DNA of 64,000 nucleotides from a virus, in IMG/VR virus record IMGVR_UViG_3300026488_000019, positions 20,996 to 84,995 of that record, one strand, 5' to 3'. Under the pieces are notes generated by a model. It worked only from the letters and a program-made list of their open reading frames with translations. It made no database searches and was not told the DNA's origin. Shown here in pieces: positions 28,088 through 38,157 of this stretch; position 1 is the first letter of the stretch, and every line of letters starts with the position of its first letter. The translations under genes were made by a program, and so were the position numbers.

Positions 28088-28157
28088 GCAAGGTAGGAGA
28101 AGGGAGGACTGGGACTCCCTTTAACCTGAGTGGCCAACTCAGGCTCTCCTACCTTGC
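28088..28157 (-). other. GC-rich three-way-junction structure in the leader of the large terminase gene
   Basis: Outer stem GCAAGGTAGGAGA/TCTCCTACCTTGC enclosing AGGGAG/CTCCCT and CCTGAGT/ACTCAGG hairpins. Confidence 0.7.
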
Positions 28158-28207
28158 CCCAGTCTGATAAATGGGTTGTAACGAATAATGTTTTGTGGTT
28201 ATATTAA

Positions 28208-28687
28208 CTATACTTCCAAGTGTTCTACTACTGAACTTAGTATTTCCTTTAAGGTGTTTCTAGTTTCTTGGTTTATTTCTAGTTGCTCTAGTATAGAAGA
28301 GTCTTCTTCAGTTTCTACTACTCTTAATTCTACTGATTGGGATAGCTTGGAAAGTTCTTTTAAGATTGGTACTAAGGATTTAAGATTATTGAATACTGAA
28401 TTATAGGCTTGAACTAATCCATTGTAGAACTCTACCTGTTCTATAAAGTTAGAGAAGTTAGCATTGGAAAGTAATTCATCCTCTAAGGTTTCTAATTTTT
28501 CTCCTAGTTTTATTAGACGAGACATATACTTTTTTATCATTAACCTTGTAAAAGAAGCTACTTCTAGTTTTAAAGAGTCTAAGTCTGGGTCTAATTTAAA
28601 GTCCTTAGAGTTACCTTCTAGGTAGTCTCTTAGAGAGGTTAGTTGTTTATCTAGTTCTGATTGAACCTTTATGTTAGGTTTTTTCAT
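28208..28687 (-). CDS. Putative terminase small subunit
   Basis: Helical 159-aa ORF just upstream of the large terminase; called on gene order only. Confidence 0.5.
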   Translation of the reverse strand: MKKPNIKVQSELDKQLTSLRDYLEGNSKDFKLDPDLDSLKLEVASFTRLMIKKYMSRLIKLGEKLETLEDELLSNANFSNFIEQVEFYNGLVQAYNSVFNNLKSLVPILKELSKLSQSVELRVVETEEDSSILEQLEINQETRNTLKEILSSVVEHLEV

Positions 28688-28887
28688 TAGTTACCTCTTT
28701 AAGATTAGAAAGAGAGGGTAGAGGGTTGTTTCCTCTACCCTTAACTCCCCTGGTCAGGGAGGAAGAGATGGAGGGAAGGACTTTAGAATGGAGTATAAAG
28801 TAAAGAGGATGGTTCAGGTTAGTAGGTATTATTTAGCCTTAGCTAACCTAGTTAAGGCTGGTTAACTCTATTATAATAACCTGATAA

Positions 28888-29322
28888 TTATAATGGTACT
28901 TGATTAGGTAAATTAGAAATTAAAGTTTGGATTGGGTTGTTTATGTAGGAATAGGATTTAACTATACTTTGGATTAGATTAGCTAATGAACAGTCTTGGT
29001 CAAACTGGTAGTTTATTTCATATTTCTCATTAAATTTGGACTCGTCTATTAATAAGGAAAACTTTAAGTCTTTAGCTTTTATATGGGTTAGAATTAGTTC
29101 TAATAAGGTAAGCATAAAGCTTCTACTTACTTTAAGTCTTAACTCTTTATCAAATTGATAGTACTTAAGAGGAATGGTTAGTATTAGTCCTGAATAAATA
29201 TCATTGGCTGTAAAGTGGTATTTAGGATAGCGTAATGTAGAAGAGTAGGTTAGGTTTAGTAAGTAGGTCTTCCTTTTACCTTTCTTTAGTCTTCTTATGA
29301 AATCTCTTTCTATAATCAACAT
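28888..29322 (-). CDS. Hypothetical protein
   Basis: AGGAG SD. Confidence 0.55.
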   Translation of the reverse strand: MLIIERDFIRRLKKGKRKTYLLNLTYSSTLRYPKYHFTANDIYSGLILTIPLKYYQFDKELRLKVSRSFMLTLLELILTHIKAKDLKFSLLIDESKFNEKYEINYQFDQDCSLANLIQSIVKSYSYINNPIQTLISNLPNQVPL

Positions 29323-29335
29323 AATTAGCTCTCCT

Positions 29336-29860
29336 TTATATGTAAACTGGAGATAAACAGTAGTTAAGGAAGAGGTCTAACCAAGTTCCTATGTAATCAT
29401 TATTAACAATGTAGAAAGGTAAGGATTCAGGTCTCTTAGGCAAGTAAAGGTTTAAGAGGTTGGAGAAGTCTGGTATTCTGTTTAGCTGAGCTGTGTTTAC
29501 TATTGCTAGAGGTCGCATATTATTAGTAGCGAATACTATCATTGGGAAAGGGAATACTCCAAAATGTTCATAATACTTTTGAGAAGATACTTCTAACTGG
29601 TTAACCCAATCCTTTAGTTCTGATGTAAAAGTTAGGAGCTGGTTGGCTGAGACTCTAGAACGCTTTTTACACTCTACTATTAAGTGAGGTCTTTTTATTG
29701 TATCAGGAGAAAATACTATATCTGAATAGTCAACTTGGTAAGTACCTGAAGATAAGGCTCTGTGGCATTCATGTTTTTTGAGATTCCAACACTCTCTAAA
29801 GATTTTAGCTACCCTCTCTTCAAACTGCTTTCCCTTGTTCTTAGACCTATTCCTACCCAT
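29336..29860 (-). CDS. Holliday junction resolvase (PD-(D/E)xK, Hjc-like)
   Basis: SKNKGKQFEERVA...R..SSG...SDI...IVECK. Confidence 0.8.
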   Translation of the reverse strand: MGRNRSKNKGKQFEERVAKIFRECWNLKKHECHRALSSGTYQVDYSDIVFSPDTIKRPHLIVECKKRSRVSANQLLTFTSELKDWVNQLEVSSQKYYEHFGVFPFPMIVFATNNMRPLAIVNTAQLNRIPDFSNLLNLYLPKRPESLPFYIVNNDYIGTWLDLFLNYCLSPVYI

Positions 29861-30032
29861 ACTTGCTTCTCCTTATTAGTTTCTTTAGAACCTTTACCAG
29901 TTTAATTTTCTCTGAATCAGTTAGGAGTCTCCAACCTAGCCTACTATCATAGACTTGAACCTTAAAACAGTTTTGACAAAATCTGTAATACTTTGACTTA
30001 ACTTTAACCTCCTCCCATTGATGATTACACAC
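29853..30032 (-). CDS. Unannotated 59-aa CxH/CxxC zinc-binding protein
   Basis: GTG start after GGAG; MCNHQWEEV...RFCQNCFKVQ; fills the gap between nrdB and the resolvase. Confidence 0.55.
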   Translation of the reverse strand: MCNHQWEEVKVKSKYYRFCQNCFKVQVYDSRLGWRLLTDSEKIKLVKVLKKLIRRSKYG

Positions 30033-30043
30033 AACTCACTCCA

Positions 30044-31150
30044 CTAATCAAAGTTAATCTTGTCTATATCTTCCTCACTTACAGGTATGTGAGCATAATC
30101 AATAGCTCCAGTTTCAAAGAAAGAGGTTTTGTCTTGAGTTAAGAGTTTCTCTATATCCTCAAATGGATTTCTGTTAACATCAAATATCGGAGATATACCT
30201 AATAAGGCTAACCTTTGGTTGGTTAAAGTTTGAATGTAATCTTTTATGTTCTGTTCAGTCATTAATGGAACTTCTCCTGCTATTGAATTAGTGTAAAACT
30301 CAATATCTGCTTCTGCACTCCTACCAAATATCTCTTTAATTTCTTCTTCGTTGTAGTAATATCCTCTATCCCTCCACTCTTTTAGAATGTAAGTGAATAG
30401 AGGAATGTGGAGAACTTCATCCTTTCTGATCTGGGTTATCTGTTGGTTAGAACCTTGAAGAATACCTAACTTATAGGCAAATATGTGGAAAGTGTTAAAT
30501 CCTGTAAAGAAGACTACTCCTTCAATAGCTAAATCGTTTATCATAGCTCTAAAGATAGCTCTTTGGAGAGTTTCTTGCCTATAAGAAAGTTGGTTTAGAT
30601 TATTCTCATCTACTATTCCTCTGTTAACTAAATCATTAAGAGCCTGAAAATCCCTAGTTATAGCATAATTCCTCTTAAGGAGAGGTTCAAAATGCTTGAA
30701 CTTGTAGTAAACCTCATTAATCTTCTTGTCATCTTCCCCAAACACTGATTTAAGTATATACTGGTAAGACTCTCTGTGGAGGGACTCAATAGCTGTATGC
30801 CAATAGAGAGCTGTTTTTATTTCCTCATCAGCCATTACTCTTAACAATGTTGAAGTGTTATTAGGAACTATTGAGTCTAAGAGAATTAGGAAAGATATAA
30901 CATACTCAAAGGTATCCTTTATACCTTTAGGTAAGTCTTCAAATTGTTTTTTATCCTCAGACATAGATATTTCCTCTGGTCTCCAGAGAATAGACATAGC
31001 TTGCTTAATCCACTCTATTGCATAAGAGTGTTTGTTCAAGTTGAGGTTGGCTAGTCCTGAAGATTTTTCTACCACTTCATCAGTCCAGATTAATTCACTG
31101 AAGTTGTCATTACCACTTGGATTAAACACTTGAGGAAACCTACTTACCAT
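30044..31150 (-). CDS. nrdB: Ribonucleotide reductase class Ia beta subunit
   Basis: WRPEEI, LDS, ESLHRESY (radical Tyr), EGVVFFTGF and DEVLH motifs. Confidence 0.93.
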   Translation of the reverse strand: MVSRFPQVFNPSGNDNFSELIWTDEVVEKSSGLANLNLNKHSYAIEWIKQAMSILWRPEEISMSEDKKQFEDLPKGIKDTFEYVISFLILLDSIVPNNTSTLLRVMADEEIKTALYWHTAIESLHRESYQYILKSVFGEDDKKINEVYYKFKHFEPLLKRNYAITRDFQALNDLVNRGIVDENNLNQLSYRQETLQRAIFRAMINDLAIEGVVFFTGFNTFHIFAYKLGILQGSNQQITQIRKDEVLHIPLFTYILKEWRDRGYYYNEEEIKEIFGRSAEADIEFYTNSIAGEVPLMTEQNIKDYIQTLTNQRLALLGISPIFDVNRNPFEDIEKLLTQDKTSFFETGAIDYAHIPVSEEDIDKINFD

Positions 31151-31837
31151 CTTTCCTAACCTCCTTTATCCTTTTCTTAGCTATTTCACAATATTTCTCA
31201 TTAATTTCTATTCCTATCCATCTTCTATTCAGCTTTTCACAAGCTACTAAAGTAGTTCCTGAACCTATAAAAGGATCTAAAATTAAATCACCTCTATTAG
31301 AATAAAAATAAATTAAATCTTCCATTAAACCTAATGGTTTAGTTGTAGGATGATTGTATTTCTTTTTTGGAACAGTCCTGTAATTAAAACAAGCATATCC
31401 ATATCTCTTTTCTTTGTTAGTTTTCGGAACAGTTTTAGCAAAAACTAATATCGGCTCAATAGAATACCAAATATTAGTATGCATTGCTCCTGCAAACTGA
31501 CTTCCTGGAGGTTTATTCCAAATAAGTAATCTATGGAATATCTCTTCTTTACCTTTTAAAATGTAAGGCATCATTTTCCCTGCACAAAACCATAAAACTA
31601 CAGTTTTTGTGATTTTATAACAAAGATTTATCCATCTATCTACCATATCTAAAAAATTTTCTTTATTATCCCATTCTTCTTTTTTTCTCTCACTCCATAA
31701 GGAGGATCAGTCAAAACTAAATCTACACTCTCTTCAGGAAATTTCTTCATTATTTCTAAACAGTCCCCACAATAGAGAATACCATTCTCAGTCTCAAAAT
31801 ATCTGTTTTCTTTAGGAAATATGTCTTTCCAAGACAT
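31140..31837 (-). CDS. Beta-class N6A/N4C DNA methyltransferase split by a -1 frameshift (232 aa if fused)
   Basis: The 5' ORF carries GDCL..TDPPY; the 3' ORF carries HPTTKP..DPFIGSGTT..GIEINEKY. A -1 shift at A_AAA_AAG (31685-31679) gives DPPYGVREKKEEWDNKENFLDMVDRW. Confidence 0.8.
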
Positions 31838-31864
31838 TAGACACCTCCTTAGTAGAGTAGTATG

Positions 31865-34800
31865 TTAATTAGCACAACTTACACACTCTTCTTTAGTTTG
31901 TTTTCCCTCTGCTTTAGCTACTATTCTAGCGTAATAAAGAGCTTTTATTTTACTCTTCCAAGCTTTATAAATAAATTGACCTAATATCCTACCTACTTCT
32001 TCTTTTGGAATAAAGCCATCTCTTATGTTAACTGGGTAATCAAAGGAAATCCCTGAGTCTATATACTTTTGGATAAACGAAACTATCTCTATTACATCGT
32101 ATAAGTCCTGCTCAGTAAACTTTGAGTACTCATCATAATAGAACCAACCTTCTGTGATATATCTAGGGAATACTACATAAACTCCAGTAGACTGCTTTTC
32201 AGTCTGAATAAGGTTGAATGGAGGGGAAATGCTCGCAGTAGTTCCTGCGTAGATAGATGTAGAAGTATTAGGAGGAGCATTTAACAGCATTGTATTCCTG
32301 ATACCATATTTCTGAATATCTTCTATCAACTCATCAACTTCACCCCTATCTACATCAAATTCAACAGTAGTAGAAACTTCAAAACCTTCTCCATAAGGAA
32401 TTTGACCTAAGAATACTTCATCCCACTTGGTTTCACTATACTTATTTGCCCTACCTCTCTCTTTAGCTAAATCTACGCTAGCTCTTATAGAATAAAATGC
32501 TATCCTACCAAATATCTGCTTAAGCAAGTTGAACAACTCATCTTTGTTAACATTTCTACTAGTTAACCTGTAAGCGTATAACTTACCATTATCTATTGAC
32601 TTCCTAACGAGCAAATCTGCTAGTCCCACAAAACCTATTCCTAAAGTTCTGTAATCCTGATTGTGCTTTTTAATCTCATAGATAGGATGACCTGCTATAT
32701 CAAGAATGTTGTCCATATACCTAACTACTAACCTCATCAAAGAACTTAATTTCTGATTATCCTGTAAATAACCTAGCTCATACAAAACTGGTAAATTAAG
32801 GGAAAGAAGATTGCAAGAATGTACATAACCTAAATCTTCTATCTTTTCATCAGGTTTCTTACCTTCAGGGTTTGAGTTAGAAAATGGGGAATAAGACTCA
32901 ACACAATTACCAGTCAGAACTCCATTTAAAATACCTCTATTTAATTTCGGCTCAAAAAAGCAATAACTATCAGAAACAAAACCATCAAGTTTTCTTATTG
33001 ACTTAACTCTTACAAATTGGCTTGCCTCTCTATTTGGAACTTTTCTACCTTTCAAATCTAATCTCTTAGGATTGAAACCAAGCTCAATTAACTTTGCTAA
33101 GTTATACGCTGAAATTAATATACGCTTTGTCTCTTTACAATAATAATCTTTATAACCACCTTTACCATCTGGCATACTACGATAACCAGCTTCACAACCA
33201 TCAACTATCTTAGATTGAATACCTAATGTATCTAACATTCTTTTTACATTTAGCAAGAATTCAAAATTAATAGAAGACAATTGGAGTGTGTAAGTATTAC
33301 CATTCCTCACTACTGTACCATCACCATCAAATAATCCCTCAAGCCATCTTATCCTACTCTCAACAGTATAACTGCTATCAGGAACAAAAAACTTATCTTT
33401 CAGTACCCCTTTCTTATAATAGACATCTATGCGATTAATTTTCTTATTACTGTATGTTCTATAATATCCACTCAAATAATCAATTAACTTTCGCTTCTTA
33501 TCGTATAAGTAAATACAATCTACACCATCATAAGCAGTACCTTCTGCTGTAAATAATCCATTTTCATATGCATACTCAAGTATTTTATAACCTTCTATAA
33601 CAGGCAAATTCCATTTTTCTAAAACATCTCCTTCAGAGAGCTCAAAAGTTCTTTTAACTTTCGTTTTACTATGATAAGGTCTTGCTTTATCTCCTCTAAC
33701 ATACCACCTATGATAGTCTGTTACAATAATTTTTTCACCGTTAGTAAATTCTATCTCATACCAATCACTATAATTATCCCCTGTCTTAAATATTGCTGAT
33801 TTACTCCATTCTACACCATTCCAAACTTCAAGAATCTGCCCTGCCACTTTTTTTATCTCAATATAACCGTATTCTTTGGTAAGGATTCTGGTATCAGGAG
33901 CTACACAAAGGTTCCCACACTTAATTTGCTCCTTAAAAGGAGAATACTGATTTACTGTGTCTACAAAGAAGAGATAAGGCATTCCTGATGCCAATATGTT
34001 CTTTATCAGTTGCCTATAAATCTCCCTAGCTTTATAAACTTTACCTCTTACCTTTCCTTGCTTAACTAACTCTTCTGCTTTCATATAATTTTCTTCAAAC
34101 TCCTCCCCCCAACAGTTTACCAAGTCAATACCATACTTCATCTTCAACTCATAGTGATCTATAAGTGTCCAATCTTTATTTTCTTTAACTTTTTCCATAA
34201 ATAAGTCTGGAATTACTACTTGAGGATATAAAGAAAACATTTTCATACGAATTTCACCGATAGGATTACGCATAGCCATAAAGTCCAATATATCCATATG
34301 CCATATAGGGAGGGCTACTGTCCCAGCTCCTTTGCGTTTTCCAAGCTGATCTACTGTATCTAACATATCGTCAAGTATTTTACACCACTTTAATATTGAT
34401 ACTGATTTACCTTTATTTCCTTGTATATAACTTCCATTAGGCCTTATCTCTCCAAGATAAATACCTAACCCTCCTCCTCTTTTACTAATCTCTGCAACTT
34501 GCCAAAATGAATACATAATACTTTCAAGGTTATCGTGAATATCAAGGATATTACAAGATGATAAATTACCTTTAGCTCTTCTAAGGTTAGAAAGTTGAGG
34601 GGTAGCTGGAATTATTGTTCTATCAAGTAATAGCTTGTAAAACTTTTTAACATTATCTATAAATAGCTCTTTATTCTGTTTATAGTCTGGAAGAAAACCA
34701 AGAATGGAAATCAAAAGGAGAGCTTCGGCAAAAGTTTCTATTGGTCTATTATTGTAAGTCAAAATATATGATTTTGAAAATTTTACTACCTGATAGTAAA

Positions 34801-35305
34801 AGTCATTCCACATAAAATAAGGAAAGTTATAATTATAATCTAACTGAACCTTTTTAGCATACTCATAGAGTTCTTCAAGAATGTCATTAGAGATTTTGAG
34901 TATTCTCTCATCATAAATACCTAATTCTATATACTTTTTTAAGTGAAAAATCCAATCGTTAGCATTTTGAAAAAACCCATAATCATCAGTAAAAGTGTCA
35001 TACTCCCTTTCTCTATGTAATCTTATGTCTTTTATCCAATCTAATAAATAAAACCTACCTGCTAGAATAGAATAGTCCTTAATTCTACCTTTATCTGATA
35101 TTGAAAGCTTATTAGCAGTAGCTATTAAATTCTGTTGAATTTCTTTGGTAGTAATACCAGACTTAAGAGTAAAGCGAAATTCTTTCCAAAATTGCTCATC
35201 ATCTATATTTAGACCTTGCCTGCAAAAGTTATACATCTTAATAATCTTATCCATACTGAAAGGTTCTTTATGACCGTCTCTCTTTACAACTTCAATTCCT
35301 ATCAT
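31865..35305 (-). CDS. nrdA: Ribonucleotide reductase class Ia alpha subunit containing an intein
   Basis: ATP-cone start VVKRDG; PATP, LSSC, GGGLG; NL|CVE split by the intein; APPNTSTS, KALYY and C-terminal CVSCAN. Confidence 0.95.
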   Translation of the reverse strand: MIGIEVVKRDGHKEPFSMDKIIKMYNFCRQGLNIDDEQFWKEFRFTLKSGITTKEIQQNLIATANKLSISDKGRIKDYSILAGRFYLLDWIKDIRLHREREYDTFTDDYGFFQNANDWIFHLKKYIELGIYDERILKISNDILEELYEYAKKVQLDYNYNFPYFMWNDFYYQVVKFSKSYILTYNNRPIETFAEALLLISILGFLPDYKQNKELFIDNVKKFYKLLLDRTIIPATPQLSNLRRAKGNLSSCNILDIHDNLESIMYSFWQVAEISKRGGGLGIYLGEIRPNGSYIQGNKGKSVSILKWCKILDDMLDTVDQLGKRKGAGTVALPIWHMDILDFMAMRNPIGEIRMKMFSLYPQVVIPDLFMEKVKENKDWTLIDHYELKMKYGIDLVNCWGEEFEENYMKAEELVKQGKVRGKVYKAREIYRQLIKNILASGMPYLFFVDTVNQYSPFKEQIKCGNLCVAPDTRILTKEYGYIEIKKVAGQILEVWNGVEWSKSAIFKTGDNYSDWYEIEFTNGEKIIVTDYHRWYVRGDKARPYHSKTKVKRTFELSEGDVLEKWNLPVIEGYKILEYAYENGLFTAEGTAYDGVDCIYLYDKKRKLIDYLSGYYRTYSNKKINRIDVYYKKGVLKDKFFVPDSSYTVESRIRWLEGLFDGDGTVVRNGNTYTLQLSSINFEFLLNVKRMLDTLGIQSKIVDGCEAGYRSMPDGKGGYKDYYCKETKRILISAYNLAKLIELGFNPKRLDLKGRKVPNREASQFVRVKSIRKLDGFVSDSYCFFEPKLNRGILNGVLTGNCVESYSPFSNSNPEGKKPDEKIEDLGYVHSCNLLSLNLPVLYELGYLQDNQKLSSLMRLVVRYMDNILDIAGHPIYEIKKHNQDYRTLGIGFVGLADLLVRKSIDNGKLYAYRLTSRNVNKDELFNLLKQIFGRIAFYSIRASVDLAKERGRANKYSETKWDEVFLGQIPYGEGFEVSTTVEFDVDRGEVDELIEDIQKYGIRNTMLLNAPPNTSTSIYAGTTASISPPFNLIQTEKQSTGVYVVFPRYITEGWFYYDEYSKFTEQDLYDVIEIVSFIQKYIDSGISFDYPVNIRDGFIPKEEVGRILGQFIYKAWKSKIKALYYARIVAKAEGKQTKEECVSCAN
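32906..33907 (-). mobile_element. Intein (334 aa) with a LAGLIDADG endonuclease, inserted before the catalytic Cys of NrdA
   Basis: Starts CVAPDTRILT; block B VTDYHRW; GLFTAEG and GLFDGDG; ends NGVLTGN|C. Confidence 0.92.
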
Positions 35306-36333
35306 CTATTAACCTCCTCCTTAAGAATTTTCTCATCAAATAATCCAATTTCTAAATTAAACCTAGCATAATAATCTTTATCTCCGTACTCTACATAAAC
35401 ACATCTGGCATCCTTATTCCAACCATTACTTTGCATTTGTTTATATTTATCTTGAATATCTAAAATCCTAATAGTAAATCCACCTTTGTCATATAAACCT
35501 AATTTATCATCTCCTACAACTTTAACATATTGGCCTAAAAATTCAGGTTGATATTTGTATAAAAGTTCAAGTTCTGCTTTAGCTACTTCTCTTATTTGTT
35601 CTTGAGCTTGTTTTGAATATCTTTCTACAAAGAAATTCCTTGCACATTTGTAATCTTTCATAGTCCAAAATATAGTGTAGAGAGATTGAGGCAATACAGA
35701 ACGGGCTACTTCAGGTTTATAGCCTATTTTAAGCAAAATCTTATACATACTTTCAAGTTCTTGATAAAAATAACTAAGCTCTTGGAATGTTAAACCTGTT
35801 GCTTCATTAAGCAACCCATCTGGATACCAAAACTCAAATTCTACTTTATCAGGTTTTACATACCTACGAGAAAGTTCTAAAAATGAACAACATCTGTGAC
35901 GATGATATTGACTTCTTACAAAGAGAGGAATTTTAATTTTAAAGGTAGCTATCGTTTGCTTGTGTATCCTAACTAGATCCTCTAAACTAATTAAAGAGTT
36001 AAGTTCCAAAAACTCTTTGTATGTCATAAAATAATTATTCCTCAAACTTCCACTTATACTACAATCTTCAAACCCTCCTAAATCTTCTTCAGGAAATCTG
36101 ATAAATTCAAAAACACTACTATGTCCTCTTTTAGTAAGAAAATCCCAAAGTTTCTTAGGATTTTTAGCCATTTCATTACCATAACTAATTGATGCTACTA
36201 CTGATACAGCTTCCTCTCTTGATTCTTGGTTAAGATTGGATAAAGAAAAATCCCATAGTTCCACAAATCCTTTTACAGGAGAGTAATCATAAATCTCCTT
36301 TTTAGCTATTTTCTTTACATATTTCAACTCCAT
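35302..36333 (-). CDS. thyX: Flavin-dependent thymidylate synthase
   Basis: GHSSVFEF, RHRCCSFLELSRRY, EVARSVLP and AQEQIR motifs. Confidence 0.9.
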   Translation of the reverse strand: MELKYVKKIAKKEIYDYSPVKGFVELWDFSLSNLNQESREEAVSVVASISYGNEMAKNPKKLWDFLTKRGHSSVFEFIRFPEEDLGGFEDCSISGSLRNNYFMTYKEFLELNSLISLEDLVRIHKQTIATFKIKIPLFVRSQYHRHRCCSFLELSRRYVKPDKVEFEFWYPDGLLNEATGLTFQELSYFYQELESMYKILLKIGYKPEVARSVLPQSLYTIFWTMKDYKCARNFFVERYSKQAQEQIREVAKAELELLYKYQPEFLGQYVKVVGDDKLGLYDKGGFTIRILDIQDKYKQMQSNGWNKDARCVYVEYGDKDYYARFNLEIGLFDEKILKEEVNR

Positions 36334-36344
36334 CTTAACCCTCC

Positions 36345-36797
36345 TTAATAACCTTCTACAGGTTCAATTACAAAACTAACTTCATCCTCTTCTTTAGTTA
36401 AAGTCCAAAATACTGGATAAGACTCACCAAACCTGATAGTATATAGGCGTGAAATCAAGTCTTCCAAAATCTTTACCAGTTCAGCATTCTTAATAGAGGT
36501 TTTAACTTCAGTAGGCGAAACCAAATGTTCAATTGCTGATACTATCACTTTGTAAAAGTGATAAAAGTTCAGAACATCATCCTCTAACAAGGAGATAAGT
36601 TCCATATAATCAGAATTATCCATTATGTTATCTATAAAGCTAATAAACTTGGTTGGAGTTAAAACCAAATTCAAATCTGCATCCTCATAAAGAACAGACA
36701 CCCTAAACTTCCCTATCTTCTCATCAAAGGTAATTTGAATTTCTTGTATATCTCCTGTAAAAAGTTCTAGCAGTCTCATTACTCCACCTCTATACAT
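36345..36797 (-). CDS. Hypothetical protein (likely start MRLLELF)
   Basis: GGAG before the second ATG. Confidence 0.55.
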   Translation of the reverse strand: MYRGGVMRLLELFTGDIQEIQITFDEKIGKFRVSVLYEDADLNLVLTPTKFISFIDNIMDNSDYMELISLLEDDVLNFYHFYKVIVSAIEHLVSPTEVKTSIKNAELVKILEDLISRLYTIRFGESYPVFWTLTKEEDEVSFVIEPVEGY

Positions 36798-36801
36798 TTA
36801 G

Positions 36802-37026
36802 TTAAATTGATCTTGTATTGTCAATACAAATCAAATTATCCTTTTTAGCTAACTCCTTTGCACATTTCTCACATAAATATTTAAGAAGAGTTCCAAAGCC
36901 TTTCTTAAGACTAGAAAGGCTTTTACCCTCTTTAAGAGAGTAACAATACCTTGTCATAATAAAACCACACTTATTACACCTTAATGCAGTTCCTTCATAA
37001 AGTTTATATTTACACAATGCTTTCAT
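36802..37026 (-). CDS. Small CxxC zinc-binding protein
   Basis: CNKC...CEKC. Confidence 0.55.
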   Translation of the reverse strand: MKALCKYKLYEGTALRCNKCGFIMTRYCYSLKEGKSLSSLKKGFGTLLKYLCEKCAKELAKKDNLICIDNTRSI

Positions 37027-37448
37027 CTCACTTCCTCCTCTTCCTCAATTGAAAGAACATTCCTCAAGTTTATAAGAGCTGGAACATCCTTGGCCTGTTC
37101 AAACTCTAGCATTAGTCCAGCATCCTTAAACTTCTCCCAAAATCTATTCATGTATTGAACTCCAACTATTGGAATATTCAAAACTAGTCCATCAAAAGTT
37201 TCTACTTTTAGTCTTAACTTAAAGTCGTATAATTGGGTCTCCTCTACGAAAACTGATTCAGCTCCACTTAAACTTATCCAATTCCTCTTACCCTTGCTTT
37301 CGTAGTAGTAACTATCCTTACAGTTCAAAACAGCTTCAAACAACCTTCTGTAATCCTTCCAAGATTCCAGCTCAACAGTTTTAACTAAATTGCTGTAAAC
37401 TACCTTTGCTTTAATGTAAGTTTTAGCCATCTTTAACCTCCTATTCAT
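37023..37448 (-). CDS. Hypothetical protein
   Basis: AGGAGG SD before MAKTY. Confidence 0.6.
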   Translation of the reverse strand: MNRRLKMAKTYIKAKVVYSNLVKTVELESWKDYRRLFEAVLNCKDSYYYESKGKRNWISLSGAESVFVEETQLYDFKLRLKVETFDGLVLNIPIVGVQYMNRFWEKFKDAGLMLEFEQAKDVPALINLRNVLSIEEEEEVR

Positions 37449-37917
37449 TTATAAATTTATAAATTGTCTTTACAACATCTCCTATAAATTTCTTCAACAT
37501 TACTTCTACAAACTCTTCTAAATAGAACATCTGTTCTGCTACATATTTAGCTTCATCATAAATCTCTTCAGTAGTCCACCTCTTTAACCTCCGTCCAAGG
37601 AATTCGCTTGACCCCTCAAAATATCCTTTCCAATCTCCACTGTGAGCATAATCCCAACCGTACCACCAATACCCTTTTGGTAAATAATTCCCATCCCCTC
37701 TCTCTGAATAGGTAAAACCTCCATGAACATTAATGAAAGCTAAATCAAAATAATCAAAACCTGCAAAGATATGATTCTCAGGAAGTCCCACATAAGCTAC
37801 TGGGTGAGTTCCTAAAGACATTCCTATAATCCTAAAACCAAGATACTCTTCATCAAAGAGTACTTCTGGTTTGTCTAACCTCTCCTTCTGATAAACCATC
37901 TCCTTAAACCTTCTCAT
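37441..37917 (-). CDS. Conserved phage hypothetical protein (HGGxTY...GWDYAH type)
   Basis: HPVAYV..VHGGFTYS..WWYGWDYAH. Confidence 0.7.
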   Translation of the reverse strand: MRRFKEMVYQKERLDKPEVLFDEEYLGFRIIGMSLGTHPVAYVGLPENHIFAGFDYFDLAFINVHGGFTYSERGDGNYLPKGYWWYGWDYAHSGDWKGYFEGSSEFLGRRLKRWTTEEIYDEAKYVAEQMFYLEEFVEVMLKKFIGDVVKTIYKFINE

Positions 37918-37938
37918 CCTGTCCTCCTTAATTCGTTT

Positions 37939-38089
37939 ACTAAACTAAACCCAAATCAGGGAGAATTTCAGGCTGGTTAACCTAAACTTTCTATCCATAA
38001 CTAACTAAACCAACCTAACCTAGAATTTCAGGTTAAAACTATCCAACTATCCCATCTTAAACTAAACTCTCTTACCATCAAATTTCAGG
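37939..38089 (-). promoter_or_regulatory. Three tandem leftward copies of the motif CCTGAAATT-N13-14-GTTTAGTT
   Basis: Copies at about 37939-37972, 38001-38032 and 38059-38089, upstream of the first minus-strand gene. Confidence 0.75.
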
Positions 38090-38099
38090 TTGGTAGTAG

Positions 38100-38133
38100 C
38101 CTGAAATTCTAATCCAATCCAGTTTAGTTTAGT
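38100..38133 (+). promoter_or_regulatory. Rightward copy of the CCTGAAATT...GTTTAGTTTAGT motif
   Basis: CCTGAAATTCTAATCCAATCCAGTTTAGTTTAGT, 24 nt before the ATG at 38158. Confidence 0.75.
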
Positions 38134-38157
38134 AGATACCAATTAAAGGAGGTTAAC

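Noticed and set aside
28088-28157. tRNA or hammerhead ribozyme
   Set aside because: No T-loop, anticodon arm or CCA end, and no CUGANGA/GAAA core.
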